From the NCBI RefSeq assembly GCF_001194135.2, contig NC_068983.1:39695949-39744609 (forward strand): a stretch of 48,661 nt of DNA. Direction: 5' to 3'. Below, piece by piece: positions 22,570 through 34,890 of the stretch. The DNA comes from Octopus bimaculoides. Lineage: Eukaryota. Made by a program: the position numbers and the translations under genes. The notes beneath the pieces were generated by a model. The model ran no database searches. It had not been told where the DNA came from and saw nothing but the letters and a program-made list of their open reading frames with translations. The number at the start of each line of letters is the position of its first letter. The first letter of the stretch is position 1.

Positions 22570-23410
22570 ATATATGTATAGGTAGGAAGGTAGGTAGGTA
22601 GGTAGGTAGGTATATATACGTGTGTGTGTGTGTATTTGTATGTTTGTGTTGTGTATGTGTACATGTTTCCCTCTGTGTCATAGTGTATGTGTATGAGAAT
22701 GCGTGAGTTGTTTCACAGCGTGAAGATGAATGTGCGTATATGTGTGTTTATGAGAAAATATGTATGCGTGTGTGAGTGTCTGTAGGAAGTTGTATGCGTC
22801 CTTGAGTGTAAAACTGTGTGTGTGTGTATGTGTGTGTGTGTTTGTTTCAGTCAGTGAATGTGTATGGGCATGCAATAATGTGCTGTATGGGTGTGTGAGA
22901 AATTGTGTGTCAGTATGTGCATGACAACGCATGCCAAAGTGAGTATAAGCTTGCATGTTTAAATGTGTGTATATCAGTGCAAGCGTATGTGTGTGCGCTT
23001 ATGCGTGTATGGAAGAATGTGTAATATGTATGTGTGTGTGTGTTTGTGAAAAAGTGTGTTTGTGTGAGGGTGCATGCGTGTGTGTGAGTGTGCGTGAGCG
23101 TGTGTGTACGTGTGTGTGTGTTTGTGTGTGTGTATGTGTGGGACTGCTTGGATGTGTTATCTCTATGTGAGTTATCTATATGTGTGAGCTCTGTATATGC
23201 GCATGCGTGTGTGTGTGTGCGAGTCTGGATGAGTGGGCGTATGTGTGCGTGTGCGCACGCGTCTGTGAATGCGCGTATGTATGTGTGTGTTTGTGTGTGA
23301 GTGAGTGTGATTGTGGGACTGTGTAAATTTGAATTATGCATATGTGAGTTTCCATATGCGTATGTGTTTGTGTGTACGTCTTTGTGTGCGTGAATGTGTG
23401 TCTGTGCTCA

Positions 23411-23449
<39 letters not shown>

Positions 23450-23470
23450 TTGAGTGTGTCTTTGTGTGCG
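22570..23470. repeat. Long degenerate (TG)n-rich tract
   Basis: Directly visible. Confidence 0.9.
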
Positions 23471-23816
23471 CGTATGTGTGTTTGTGTGGTTAATCTGGAG
23501 TTGTTTCGAAGAAAAGTAATGACTTCTGATGTAGAAATACATATATTTCAAAGTTGGGGTCCTTAAGGGATGTAGATGCGGTAGACTGGGGTTGTGATTT
23601 GTGATGGTGGTGGTGGTGGTAGTGGATTTCGTGTTGAGTAGGGGTGACGTGCAGGGGGTGTTGCAGAGGCGGATGGTGCCGGGAGAATAAAGAATTTTAC
23701 GCTGATGGGAAACAGTTGCAGAGAGAAATATTTCTAGCGAAACTTTTACTCCTCAATATATACATACATATTTGCATACGTATGTATACACACACACAGA
23801 CACAGACAGACAGACA

Positions 23817-23858
<42 letters not shown>

Positions 23859-24120
23859 CGCACACACGCAAACACATACGCATACGCACACATGCATAAA
23901 TACATACCTACATACACAGGCATGTACATATCTTTATTATACAACAGGAATATTGTTGAAAGTGACTTCGAAGATTCAGCCATTTTAGCAATCGTCAGAC
24001 GATCGCCGAAACTTCAGACTTACTGTCAACCGTATTCTTGTTTGAGAATAAATTTCTATTCTGAAAAAGTAGTTTCTCTTCAGGTTAAGTGAGACTGTTT
24101 TTACTGCTTTTACTGTTTTA

Positions 24121-24511
24121 TTTGTTTCAGTCATTTGACTACGGCCATGCTGGAGCACTGCCTTTAGTTGAATCAGATCGACCCCAGGACTTATTGTTTG
24201 TAAGCCTAGTACTTATTCTATCGGTCTATTTTGCCGAACCGCTAAGTTACGGGGACCTAAACACACCGGCATCGGTTGTCAAGCGATGTTTGGGGGACAA
24301 ACAGAGATACACAACATATACACACGCGTACATATATATACATATATACGACGGGCTTCTTTCAGTTTCCGTCTACCAAATCCACTCACAAGGCTTTGGT
24401 CGGTCCGAGGCTATAGTAGAAGACACTTGCCCAAGGTGCCACGCAGTGGGACTGAACCCGGGACCATGTGGTTGGTAGGCAAGCTACTTACCACACAGCC
24501 ACTCCTGCGCC
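24121..24511 (-). mobile_element. Complete bipartite SINE B+E with a short internal (TA/TG) spacer
   Basis: On the minus strand: GGCGCAGGAGTGGCTGTGTGGTAAG head, GGGTTCAGTCCC B box, CACCTTGGGCAAGTG CORE-like motif, ~40-bp microsatellite, then segment E ending GTCAAATGACTGAAACAAA. Confidence 0.92.
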
Positions 24512-24829
24512 TATTAATATGATCAACAATATCAATGATAATGAAGATGGTGATAATTATGATGATGATAACGACAACGACGAAGACAGCGACGATATAT
24601 GTTATATTTTTATTATATTATGTGATATCATATTATACATGTGTGCGTGTATGTACGTGTGTGTGTGTGTGTGTGTGTGTGCGCTCTGTTGTGTGTAATA
24701 ACATGGATGTGCTTTCATTTTCTACATTAATATACACGGAAGCAGTTAATAATAACCTGTTTGGTTTGCGAAGTATCAAATGGATTTGATTATCTCCTCG
24801 TCTGGTTTAGAAACACTGATACCAACAAC

Positions 24830-25114
24830 GACGGACAAGGTCACGCCGACCATGACGACGACGAAGACAACGATGGAGTCGATACGATGGTGATGATGAT
24901 GACACTGATGCTGCTGCTGCTGCTGCCGATGATGATAACGATAATAGTGATGATGACCACGACGATGACAATGATGATGATGACAAACTCATATTGTCCG
25001 TATGTCACAAATTCCCTTGATGGAGAAATGCCTTCTATGCGATCTAATTCCATTTCTATAACTGCTGCATCATCATCATCATCATCATCGTCATCACCAT
25101 CATCATCATCATCA

Positions 25115-25147
<33 letters not shown>

Positions 25148-25170
25148 TCATCATCATCATCATCACCTTA
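24830..25170. repeat. (GAT)n/(ATC)n/(GTC)n trinucleotide tracts
   Basis: Directly visible. Confidence 0.9.
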
Positions 25171-25632
25171 CCATCCCTGCAAAAGGTGCAAAAGATTGTT
25201 TTAACTGGTACGTCGCATGTATTGAGAAAAGCATTGTCGCTGTGAATTTTCTTTCCTTTTTCTCTCTTTCTTTCTTTTTTTTTTCCTTTTTTTTCCTTCT
25301 CTTCGCCTTTTTTGTTGTTTTTTTTTTCTTTTTGCTTTTATTCCATCTCATAAATGAACAATCTGGTCATTTTAATCACCTGCCAATGTATACAGTGAGT
25401 TTTTTTTTTTGCACTGCGTGTTCTGTTGGTTCCATAATCTGAACAATGCCTTCTGATTGGTTTTTGGTACCGAGAAACTATGAAGAAAATCCGCAGCCTG
25501 TTGTTTCGTTAATGCAACCGAAAAATTGCAATCATATTGAGTTCAATCAGTATGCACTCCTTTGAAACTTAAGTAACTGCTACAGTATCCTGGGTGCTAT
25601 AAAAAAGGCCTGTGTACATACATGTGTGTGTG

Positions 25633-25696
<64 letters not shown>

Positions 25697-25698
<2 letters not shown>

Positions 25699-25980
25699 CA
25701 GCAGCTTGGGTTTCAGGGGCCCACAGCTTTTTAATATTCTACCAAAGAGCCTGAGGAGCCTGCACAAAGTAGATGTAGGCATTTTAAAATCAAAGCTGGA
25801 CCTCTTCCTCTCGAGAGTCCCAGGTGAACCTTACCTCACGGAAAGAGGTGCAAATTAGGGTCGCTACATCAAACTCCATTCTTCACCAAGCGCCACATAT
25901 TGGAGGAGACTCTCAGTAATAACAGTGCAGCAAAACGGCGCTGCATCAGCATAGCCACAGCTCTGAACTGAAATGAAAAA
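25697..25980 (+). mobile_element. CR1-like LINE 3' end
   Basis: CSSLGFRGPQLFNILPKSLR..VGILKSKLDLFLSRVPGEP..ATSNSILHQ, a typical CR1-group ORF2 terminus, then a short UTR ending CTGAACTGAAATGAA. Confidence 0.75.
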
Positions 25981-25994
25981 AACAAATATATATA

Positions 25995-26065
25995 TACAAT
26001 AATACCTCGACTATCACGGGTGTTAGGTCCCAAAGCCCCCGCGATAGGCGAAAATCTATGAAGTA
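25995..26065 (+). mobile_element. Tigger/pogo-like DNA transposon end
   Basis: TA-CAATAATACCTCGACTATCACGGGTGTTAGGTCCCAAAGCCCCCGCGATAGGCGAAAATC; only one end seen. Confidence 0.6.
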
Positions 26066-26094
26066 AAAACAGGAAATGCAAAACAACACCATGG

Positions 26095-26205
26095 AGGAAT
26101 CGACAAAAGCTTGAATAATAAAGTGTCTTACTCAAGAGCACAACACGCAGCCCGGTCCGGGAATCGAACTCAGAACCTCACGATTGTAAGCTCAATGCTC
26201 TAACC
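26095..26205 (-). mobile_element. SINE family F, 5' fragment
   Basis: Reverse complement GAGTTCGATTCCCGGACCGGGCTGCGTGTTGTGCTCTTGAGTAAGACACTTT (B box plus CORE-like). Confidence 0.75.
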
Positions 26206-26715
26206 ATGGGTAGTAAGTGAAATTTCTGCCCTACAGCACAAGTCTAATAGCGTTTCTTTCTAGAATCTACACTGAGTTTCAAACCCGCAATGGCTTTACG
26301 ATCTGGAGTATCATAGAGACTTACATATCTATACAGACCATGCTCTGCTACATATTGTTGCGTGTTACCCTTGCACAGATCACCTGCCTATACTCTGTCG
26401 CAAAGGTGACGTTTAACCACGTGTTAGCATCAATGTGTCTACGTCCCTCTTCGTCAACATTGTATTTTGTTTACCTCTACTTGGTGACATCGCACTGCAT
26501 ACAGTGACATAGAACACCAGTTCCACTTGTACAATTTGCTTCACCCTGGGACTTAATAACAATGAACACGATTCCATATGCTTTATCCGGTTTATAGACG
26601 ATGGATCGAGCCACGTAACAACTGAGCCATCTTCCAAATGATCCTTAATAGCATATGCAAGCCTTTTCTGATTGCTGAAATGCAGAGGTGAATGTGTTCC
26701 TTTCATATCCGCGCA

Positions 26716-26880
26716 GGCGCAGGCATGGCTGTGTGGTAAGAAGCTTGCTTCTCAACCGCATGTTTCCGGGTTCAGTCTGACTGCGTGACACCTTGTGCAA
26801 GTGTTTTCTACTATAACCTCGGTTCGACCAAAGCCCAGTGAGTGGATTTAGTAGACAGGAACTGAAAGAAGCCCGTCGTA
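26716..26880 (+). mobile_element. SINE family B, 5' half
   Basis: GGCGCAGGCATGGCTGTGTGGTAAG...GAAAGAAGCCCGTCGTA. Confidence 0.9.
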
Positions 26881-26898
26881 TATATTATTTATCGTCGC

Positions 26899-27279
26899 GT
26901 TCCGTCGGTTACGACGACGAGAGTTCCAGTTGATCCGATCAACGGAACAGCCTGCTCGTGAAATTAACGTGCAAGTGGCTGAGCACTCCAAAGACACATG
27001 TAAACTTAACGTAGTTCTCAGGGAGATTCAGCGTATTGCAGAGTGTGACAAGGCTGGCCCTTTGAAATACAGGTCCAACAGGAAGAGGAAGAAAGGAAAG
27101 TGTGAGAGAAAGTTGTGGTGAAAGAATACAGTACGGTTCGCCACTATCCCCTGCCGGAGCCTCGTGGACTTTAGGTGTTTTTACTCAATAAACACTCACA
27201 ATGCTCGGTCTGTGAATGGAAACCGTGATCCTATGACTGCAAGTCCACTGCCCTAACCACTGGGCTATTACGCTTCCAC
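26899..27279 (-). mobile_element. SINE family C, full length (~380 bp)
   Basis: Colinear with 46975-47353 along its length. Confidence 0.92.
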
Positions 27280-27654
27280 ACACACGCGCGCGCGCGGATA
27301 AACACGTTTATGAATTTGTGTTGCAAGATTCCTGATGTGAAACCGTGTGTTGAAACAAATGTTGTCTTATTTCGGTTTGGTCATCTTTCAATTGTTTTTG
27401 CAAAAGAAAATAAATGGAGGAAGAGCACACACGAAGACAGAAATTGTCGCTGAAGTGGTCATAGATGTGTGACGAAAGATTTCCGGACAATGAACATGTG
27501 TTGGAACAAGAGTAGTAATAAACGAGTGAAGAACGAATATATAGTGCGTGTGTTTATTTAGCACAATCCCCGACCTCCTAAATAGACCATCCCGAAATAC
27601 AACAATATATATTTGTGTGTGTGTTTGCTTATACATGTGTGTGTATGTTTCTGT

Positions 27655-27840
27655 GTCTTTGTGTCTGTGTTTGTCCTCCTCATCACTGCTTGAACAACCG
27701 ACATTGTTATGTTTACGACCCATAAATAATCAGTTCGGCAAAAGTGACCGTTAATAAGTACTAGGTTTAACTCCTGTGGCCGATTTGTTCGGCTAGAACC
27801 CTTCAGATCGATGTTCCTGCATAGCTGCAGTCAAATAACT
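27655..27840 (+). mobile_element. SINE segment E, diverged
   Basis: GTGTCTGTGTTTGTCC..GCTTGAACAACCG..GTTCGGCAAAAG..AATAAGTACTAGG..GCTGCAGTCAAATAACTG. Confidence 0.8.
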
Positions 27841-28559
27841 GTTTTCGTCGGGAAAGGAGGCACAGGTATTTGTCAAACACTTTTCCCAATACAGTATTTT
27901 TTACCTTACCAGTTGATTAAATTTGCTATTGAAATTTTGGCTATTTCCCATAGAATTTTTCAAGATTCTAATGACTATTTTGACTGCTTTTATAAAAATG
28001 CCTTGCTTTATATTTTATATTTTTTGACTGCTTTTATAAATATGCATGCTTTATATTTTGTGTTCTGTTTTTTTAAAAGTGGGTGATGTATACTTTGTTA
28101 CATCCATTAGGGAGGGTCTCCTTTTACAACCACCTCAGTGAACGCCATGTTTACAAATACGCTTCGAAAATGTGTGACAATAATAAATTATTGTTTGAAA
28201 ATACAAAATCTTTTTGTTTCAAAAATTAGAAAAAAGTATAAGGAATGTACCTCAACTCTTTCTAAAGAAATCCAATTTTAGAATATAATCCTATAATTTT
28301 TGCAAAACCTCAAAAGCTCTTAGAAAAACGCCTGTCGCTTTGTAATTCCGAATAAAAAAAAAAATTCTTTTATTTGAACTTAGCAGAGGATAAAGATGCT
28401 TTCATTATAATCGAATTATAGATTTTGTGAAGGTGAGCGTAGAATTTTCCTGAAAACCATATACGAATGTTTTTCTGTGTATAAGTATGCATGTATGTAT
28501 GTATGTATGTATGTATGTGTGCACACAAGGATTCAGGGACTTGTTGATCGAAAAATAGC

Positions 28560-28940
28560 GAACACGAACACCGTACTTTGGTCACCACCTGGTGCCATAC
28601 TCTCTTTAATACCAACTGACATCCTACATATAAACTTCCACCTCTGAAACACGGACCATACTTTCAAACCATACATTAAAACCCACCACTGTAAACACAA
28701 ATGTAAGGTGTATTTATATGTAAACAAAATAAGAACCACTGCCTAAATTTACCTTTCCTAAAAAACTCATCCTTAGAACGAATATACCTACCTATCCACC
28801 AGTGGACAAAATAACATGAATCTTGGAAGGCAACACTATGACTTATTTCTCTTTCCTCTGCCTAATCCATGTTACTAAATTTTACTCCTATCACACTCTA
28901 AGTTTTGCTCCTATTCTATTTATGCCCTTTTCAATAAGAA
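28560..28940 (-). mobile_element. Possible ancient RTE-like LINE remnant
   Basis: Minus-strand EREISH and VLMYGLKVW resemble the EI..RI and VL.YG.ETW motifs; heavily decayed. Confidence 0.3.
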
Positions 28941-28975
28941 AATATACTGTACCTATTAGTTACTGACTCTTGCTT

Positions 28976-29013
<38 letters not shown>

Positions 29014-30479
29014 NNNNNNNNNNNNNNNNNNNNNNNNNNNNNNNNNNNNNNNNNNNNNNNNNNNNNNNNNNNNNNNNNNNNNNNNNNNNNNNNNNNNNNN
29101 NNNNNNNNNNNNNNNNNNNNNNNNNNNNNNNNNNNNNNNNNNNNNNNNNNNNNNNNNNNNNNNNNNNNNNNNNNNNNNNNNNNNNNNNNNNNNNNNNNNN
29201 NNNNNNNNNNNNNNNNNNNNNNNNNNNNNNNNNNNNNNNNNNNNNNNNNNNNNNNNNNNNNNNNNNNNNNNNNNNNNNNNNNNNNNNNNNNNNNNNNNNN
29301 NNNNNNNNNNNNNNNNNNNNNNNNNNNNNNNNNNNNNNNNNNNNNNNNNNNNNNNNNNNNNNNNNNNNNNNNNNNNNNNNNNNNNNNNNNNNNNNNNNNN
29401 NNNNNNNNNNNNNNNNNNNNNNNNNNNNNNNNNNNNNNNNNNNNNNNNNNNNNNNNNNNNTATATATATATATATGTATGTGTGCATGTATGTATCAAAT
29501 AATATATACATGTAAACATGTAATTCTCGCTCTCTGTCTATTGAAGTATCTGCCTTCCCCACTCCTCATACACACACATGCCCATGTGTGAATTGTTTCA
29601 CAGTGTTACCCACCCAGTATATCCCAATGCCACGTATTTGTACAAGAAAGGAAATTGTGACATGCATGTGGTATAACTCTGTTTATGAGATTCCTTGTAA
29701 ATGACAAATTTTACAACCACGTTGCAACCAGCACAGCATCGACTGCGACCACCACCAACACCAACGCCAATGCCACCACCAACAACAAGAGTTGCAGCAG
29801 AGTAAAAGAGAAGGAAAAAAAAAAGAAATATAAGAAGCAAACCAGCGAACAAAATCCGATGTAATAATAATAACAGTAGTAATAACACGGTGTCTATTTT
29901 ATTCCGCTTTTATTTGGTGCAGCCATCTTGTGAGCGAGGTTTTCTGGCATCGCTTCATGCTGGTAATTCTTGACTATGGCACTGTCAATGGGAAATGATG
30001 TCTCACCATCACGCAAACACCATGCGGCACATTAACTACCAAATTATAACAACAACAACAATAATAATAATAATAATAATAATAATACGAATGGAGACAA
30101 CGTCAACAATAAACGGCAAAAACAATAACATTAATAGGAAAAATAATAGTAATTATAGGAGTAACGTCATTATCATCAGGTGCCGATAACACACACAAAC
30201 ACAGGCAGACATATACAGGAACACACACACATACACTCACATATAAGCATGTACATATACGCATATATACTCACATAAACACATCCGTAAGTATATGCAC
30301 GGGAGTAAGACGTAAAAAATGGAAATCATCCTTATAGCAACTTACTGCTATAATAACAATAATAATGCTTTCAGCAGCCGAGAAATGAATTAACCTTTTC
30401 TTTCTCTTCTTTTTAGTGGTCTTCAATTAACTCTAGTCAGCTGTCTGGCACCAAAAGGGACTAAAAATAATACGTGTGT

Positions 30480-30596
30480 GCGTGTGTGTATATTACATAC
30501 ATACATACAGGCATGTATATATATATATATATATATGTGTCTATGTATGTGTATAATATAAATGTGCACGCATATATATATTGTATACACATATAT

Positions 30597-30690
<94 letters not shown>

Positions 30691-30900
30691 ATGTATATGT
30701 ATATGTATATATGTATGTATGTATATTTGTGTCGTTGTTTAGTTTTACTTCAAGATTTCCAGCCGATAGAGAAAGAGTCGATTTCTACCCTAGATCCAAG
30801 GCTCATTCGTTGGAATTTCAACATCAACAACATGGTATTTGTTTTATATGTATGTGTGTGTATGTATGTATGTATGTATGTATGTATGTACACACTTACG
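30480..30900. repeat. (TA)n/(TATG)n microsatellites flanking a short unique island
   Basis: Directly visible. Confidence 0.9.
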
Positions 30901-31659
30901 TACAACTGGCTCACATGTGAAATGTAATGAGCTGAAAAAAGAGTTTCAATTTAATTTTTAATTCTCGACAAACAGAGACGGGACCTCATTTTGAATGAGT
31001 TTAAAGATTAAAATCAGACAGCAAGACATATAGCTCAAACAATATGAATCAACCCAATTTTTGTATAAAATATAGAGAATGCTTGGCTTTTAATCGTCCT
31101 GAAACAAAATATATTAATTCTGCAATTTTTGCATACATATTCATATATTTGCATATCTAGACACTCCTATATATTTAAATGATAAACTTTTGGAAAGTTT
31201 TACAGAGTGTTACAGTTTCAGTGATGATGTTAATAACAACTAAGACGATACTTAGAAGTTCACCTGTAATGTGTGGTAGCTTTTCCATATTTTTTGTGTG
31301 TTTTATGCGCTTCTATATACTATATAGTTACTATCTTAAAGTTCAACAGCGGCTGAGGAAGTGAACATTGAACCGAGATATTTAGATGACCGGCACGGAA
31401 TTCGTAGTAAAATCTCCATGTTTTTTGTTAACGTTACATTTGCTGTCCAGTTACTTAGACATCTATTCATAACACCAACTACCTGTCGAATTGTTGCGCA
31501 CTCTCAACACTTAACATTCTCGATCAGATCAACTAAGGTAATATTACCTAATTACATGTGCATCTATCTATCGAATACACAAACACATACACAAGAACAC
31601 AAATATATAATGCATATATTTACACACATATATACTTGTGTGTGTATGTATATGCATGC

Positions 31660-31707
<48 letters not shown>

Positions 31708-31972
31708 ATGCATATATATATATAATATATATATGTGCACATACGTACATATATAGAGAGAAGCACGAATGTATAAATTCATTGATCAGCCTTTTTTATA
31801 GGATACTGCTTTTTTAAACTTGTTTCATTTTCTTCTTCGTTACTCTCCCTTCCAACATCTTTCTTTCTCCCTCCCTCCCTGTATATGTATGTATGTATCT
31901 ATCTATCTATTTCTTAAGCCCCTCTCAATCTCTCTCTGTCTCTCTGTCTCTCTCTCTGTCTCTCTCTGTCTC

Positions 31973-32072
<100 letters not shown>

Positions 32073-32956
32073 TCTATCTGCGTAATTTAACTTCTGATCT
32101 TTTTTAAATTTTTACATTCGAGTCAACTAGTATTCTTGTACTTGTTGTTGTTTGCGATGTTATTACCGTTCTCGTTGTTCTTGTTTTTGCTGTTCTTCTT
32201 CTTATTGTTGTTGTTGTTGTTTTATATTATTGCTGTGATTCTTTTCATTTAGATTTCTACTTTTCTTTCTGTTTTTTTTTTATTATTTCTTTACTAATCA
32301 TATAATTCTGTTTGAAATTTCATGCAGTTAGCTTTAGCTAATGAATAATTCCCTCGTATTGATGAACTGACGTGGAAACATCGCATGAAAGGCCTAGTGA
32401 AACGACTCTAACAAATTGATAAACGTTGCTTAGTTCTCTATATGCGTCGTTCATGTGAAATTGCATTAGCCGCTTTGATATGCAATTTTATAAGAATTTC
32501 CATTCAGTATTTGCACCTTACTTGCTAGATTACATTGGTTCCAATGAAAGTTAGCGAATAGTAGGAAAAATGGTTTATTTCCTATATATGTATGAGTTTG
32601 TATATATGTGTATATATATATATATATATATAGATAGATAGATATATGTACAAGTATATGTATNNNNNNNNNNNNNNNNNNNNNNNNNNNNNNNNNNNNN
32701 NNNNNNNNNNNNNNNNNNNNNNNNNNNNNNNNNNNNNNNNNNNNNNNNNNNNNNNNNNNNNNNNNNNNNNNNNNNNNNNNNNNNNNNNNNNNNNNNNNNN
32801 NNNNNNNNNNNNNNNNNNNNNNNNNNNNNNNNNNNNNNNNNNNNNNNNNNNNNNNNNNNNNNNNNNNNNNNNNNNNNNNNNNNNNNNNNNNNNNNNNNNN
32901 NNNNNNNNNNNNNNNNNNNNNNNNNNNNNNNNNNNNNNNNNNNNNNNNNNNNNNNN

Positions 32957-33036
<80 letters not shown>

Positions 33037-33525
33037 CTTGCATACATAATTGTGTGTGTGTTCGTGTGTATTATATAATCACGTAGCTCATAGATTGTTT
33101 AAATGAGAAATCAGCTGTATGATTGTATATCGATTTTGTTAGCGGCTTGTGTTAAGCTGTGATAGATTTTTCTATGGTAAACCCCCGATAATACATATTT
33201 GTGGATGGTGTGCCTTGTGCAAGAATGAGTTTCGAGAAGTTTGATTTACAGAATATTGATTAAGATGCGTGTTAGTTAAACATGTACTTTCTATGAAGGC
33301 ACATGTAAAATTAACCCACGGTAATCTTGTTTGGGATACAAACCCACTCTACTAATTGAATATGTATATTCATACAGGTGTACATATATGTCTATGAATG
33401 TATGTGTGTGTCAGGGTTGTTTATGTACGTATATGTAAATAATATGTGAGAACAGAGAATGCGAGATTTGTAAGAAATGGAATAGGGATTCCAGATTATA
33501 GAATGCATCTATGTATGAGTGTTTA

Positions 33526-33563
<38 letters not shown>

Positions 33564-34020
33564 ATTATGTATATGCATATATGTACACACACATATACGT
33601 ATATATATTAGTATGTGTATATGAATATATAAATGCATATATGAATGTGTTTATACATACATGTGGGTGTCTGTATTTATATAGATACATTTATCTCTGT
33701 CTCTGTCCCTCTCTGTCTGTCTGTCTGTCTGTTTCACTCTCTGTTTATATATATATTTATTTATTTATGGGTTTCAGCCAAGTGGTTGCGGTCATGCTGG
33801 AGCCGGTCCGCCTATCCTTGTGTATGTGTGTGCATATGTATATGTGTAGAAAGATACAGATGGATTATCAGATGCCATTATTGAGAGCAGATATACATCA
33901 ATGTTTGTGATAATTACATTTTCATGTGTATATTCTCGAGTGGCATTTTAAATCGTCCAACATGTATAAACGCACACTTATATTTACATACATATACGAA
34001 TATAAACTCAGACACACACA

Positions 34021-34065
<45 letters not shown>

Positions 34066-34334
34066 ATACGTATATAAACATCTATCTGTCTATCAGCCTC
34101 TGTGTGATTATATATTTGTCNNNNNNNNNNNNNNNNNNNNNNNNNNNNNNNNNNNNNNNNNNNNNNNNNNNNNNNNNNNNNNNNNNNNNNNNNNNNNNNN
34201 NNNNNNNNNNNNNNNNNNNNNNNNNNNNNNNNNNNNNNNNNNNNNNNNNNNNNNNNNNNNNNNNNNNNNNNNNNNNNNNNNNNNNNNNNNNNNNNNNNNN
34301 NNNNNNNNNNNNTATATATATATATATATATGCA

Positions 34335-34445
34335 TACAGTAGAACCTCGCAGTACGAGTGTCCCATTGTACGAGTAATTTGCTGTACGAACCGAGACTCA
34401 TGTGAATTTTTGTCTTGAAGTACGAGCGGAACCCACAGTACGGGC
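34335..34445 (+). mobile_element. Tigger/pogo-like DNA transposon end
   Basis: TA-CAGTAGAACCTCGCAGTACGAG with subterminal GTACG repeats five times; only one end seen. Confidence 0.65.
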
Positions 34446-34890
34446 ACACAAATCGTCCCATCTTTAAGGTAATTCGTGTTAATTGCTCTAATCTCATAGC
34501 GGCCATTTAGCTTCGATTAGAGCACAAGCCGGGTTCTCCTCAAGTACTCTTGTATATTTATTTCATCGTGTTCATTTATCTTATCTCTTTCAATGATACC
34601 CAGGTACTTATATCCTTCTTCTCCGACTTCCTTTATAGTTTCACCATTTTCCAGCTTGATCTCATGGCTTTTACTGATTTTACCCCTTTTGAGAATCATT
34701 ACATCACATTTCTCCATCACAAATTCCATGCCAATATCTTTGCAAATCATCTGCGCAGTTGCCGTCAGACTCTCAATTTCTTTCTCTTCTGTCTTAGTAA
34801 ATAGCTTTAGGTCATTCATAAGTTACAGGTTGTTTACTTTCACCCTGCATAGTATGTACCCGACACGCATCTTTCTTAAAACGTTCTTTA
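34446..34890 (-). mobile_element. R4/Dong-clade RT fragment
   Basis: LRKMRVGY..NNL*LMNDLKLF..KDIGMEF.MEKC..MILKRGK..GYKYLGIIE.D..EYLRRTRLVL.SKLNGR..IRAINT; degenerate MDD active-site region. Confidence 0.85.

Noticed and set aside
27978-28059. Two-copy 38-bp direct repeat (44-bp period)
   Set aside because: A simple local duplication in AT-rich DNA with no further structure.
32355-32412. Peptide-like frame FPRIDELTWKHRMKGLVKRL*
   Set aside because: An in-frame stop immediately precedes it and there is no usable acceptor AG between them.
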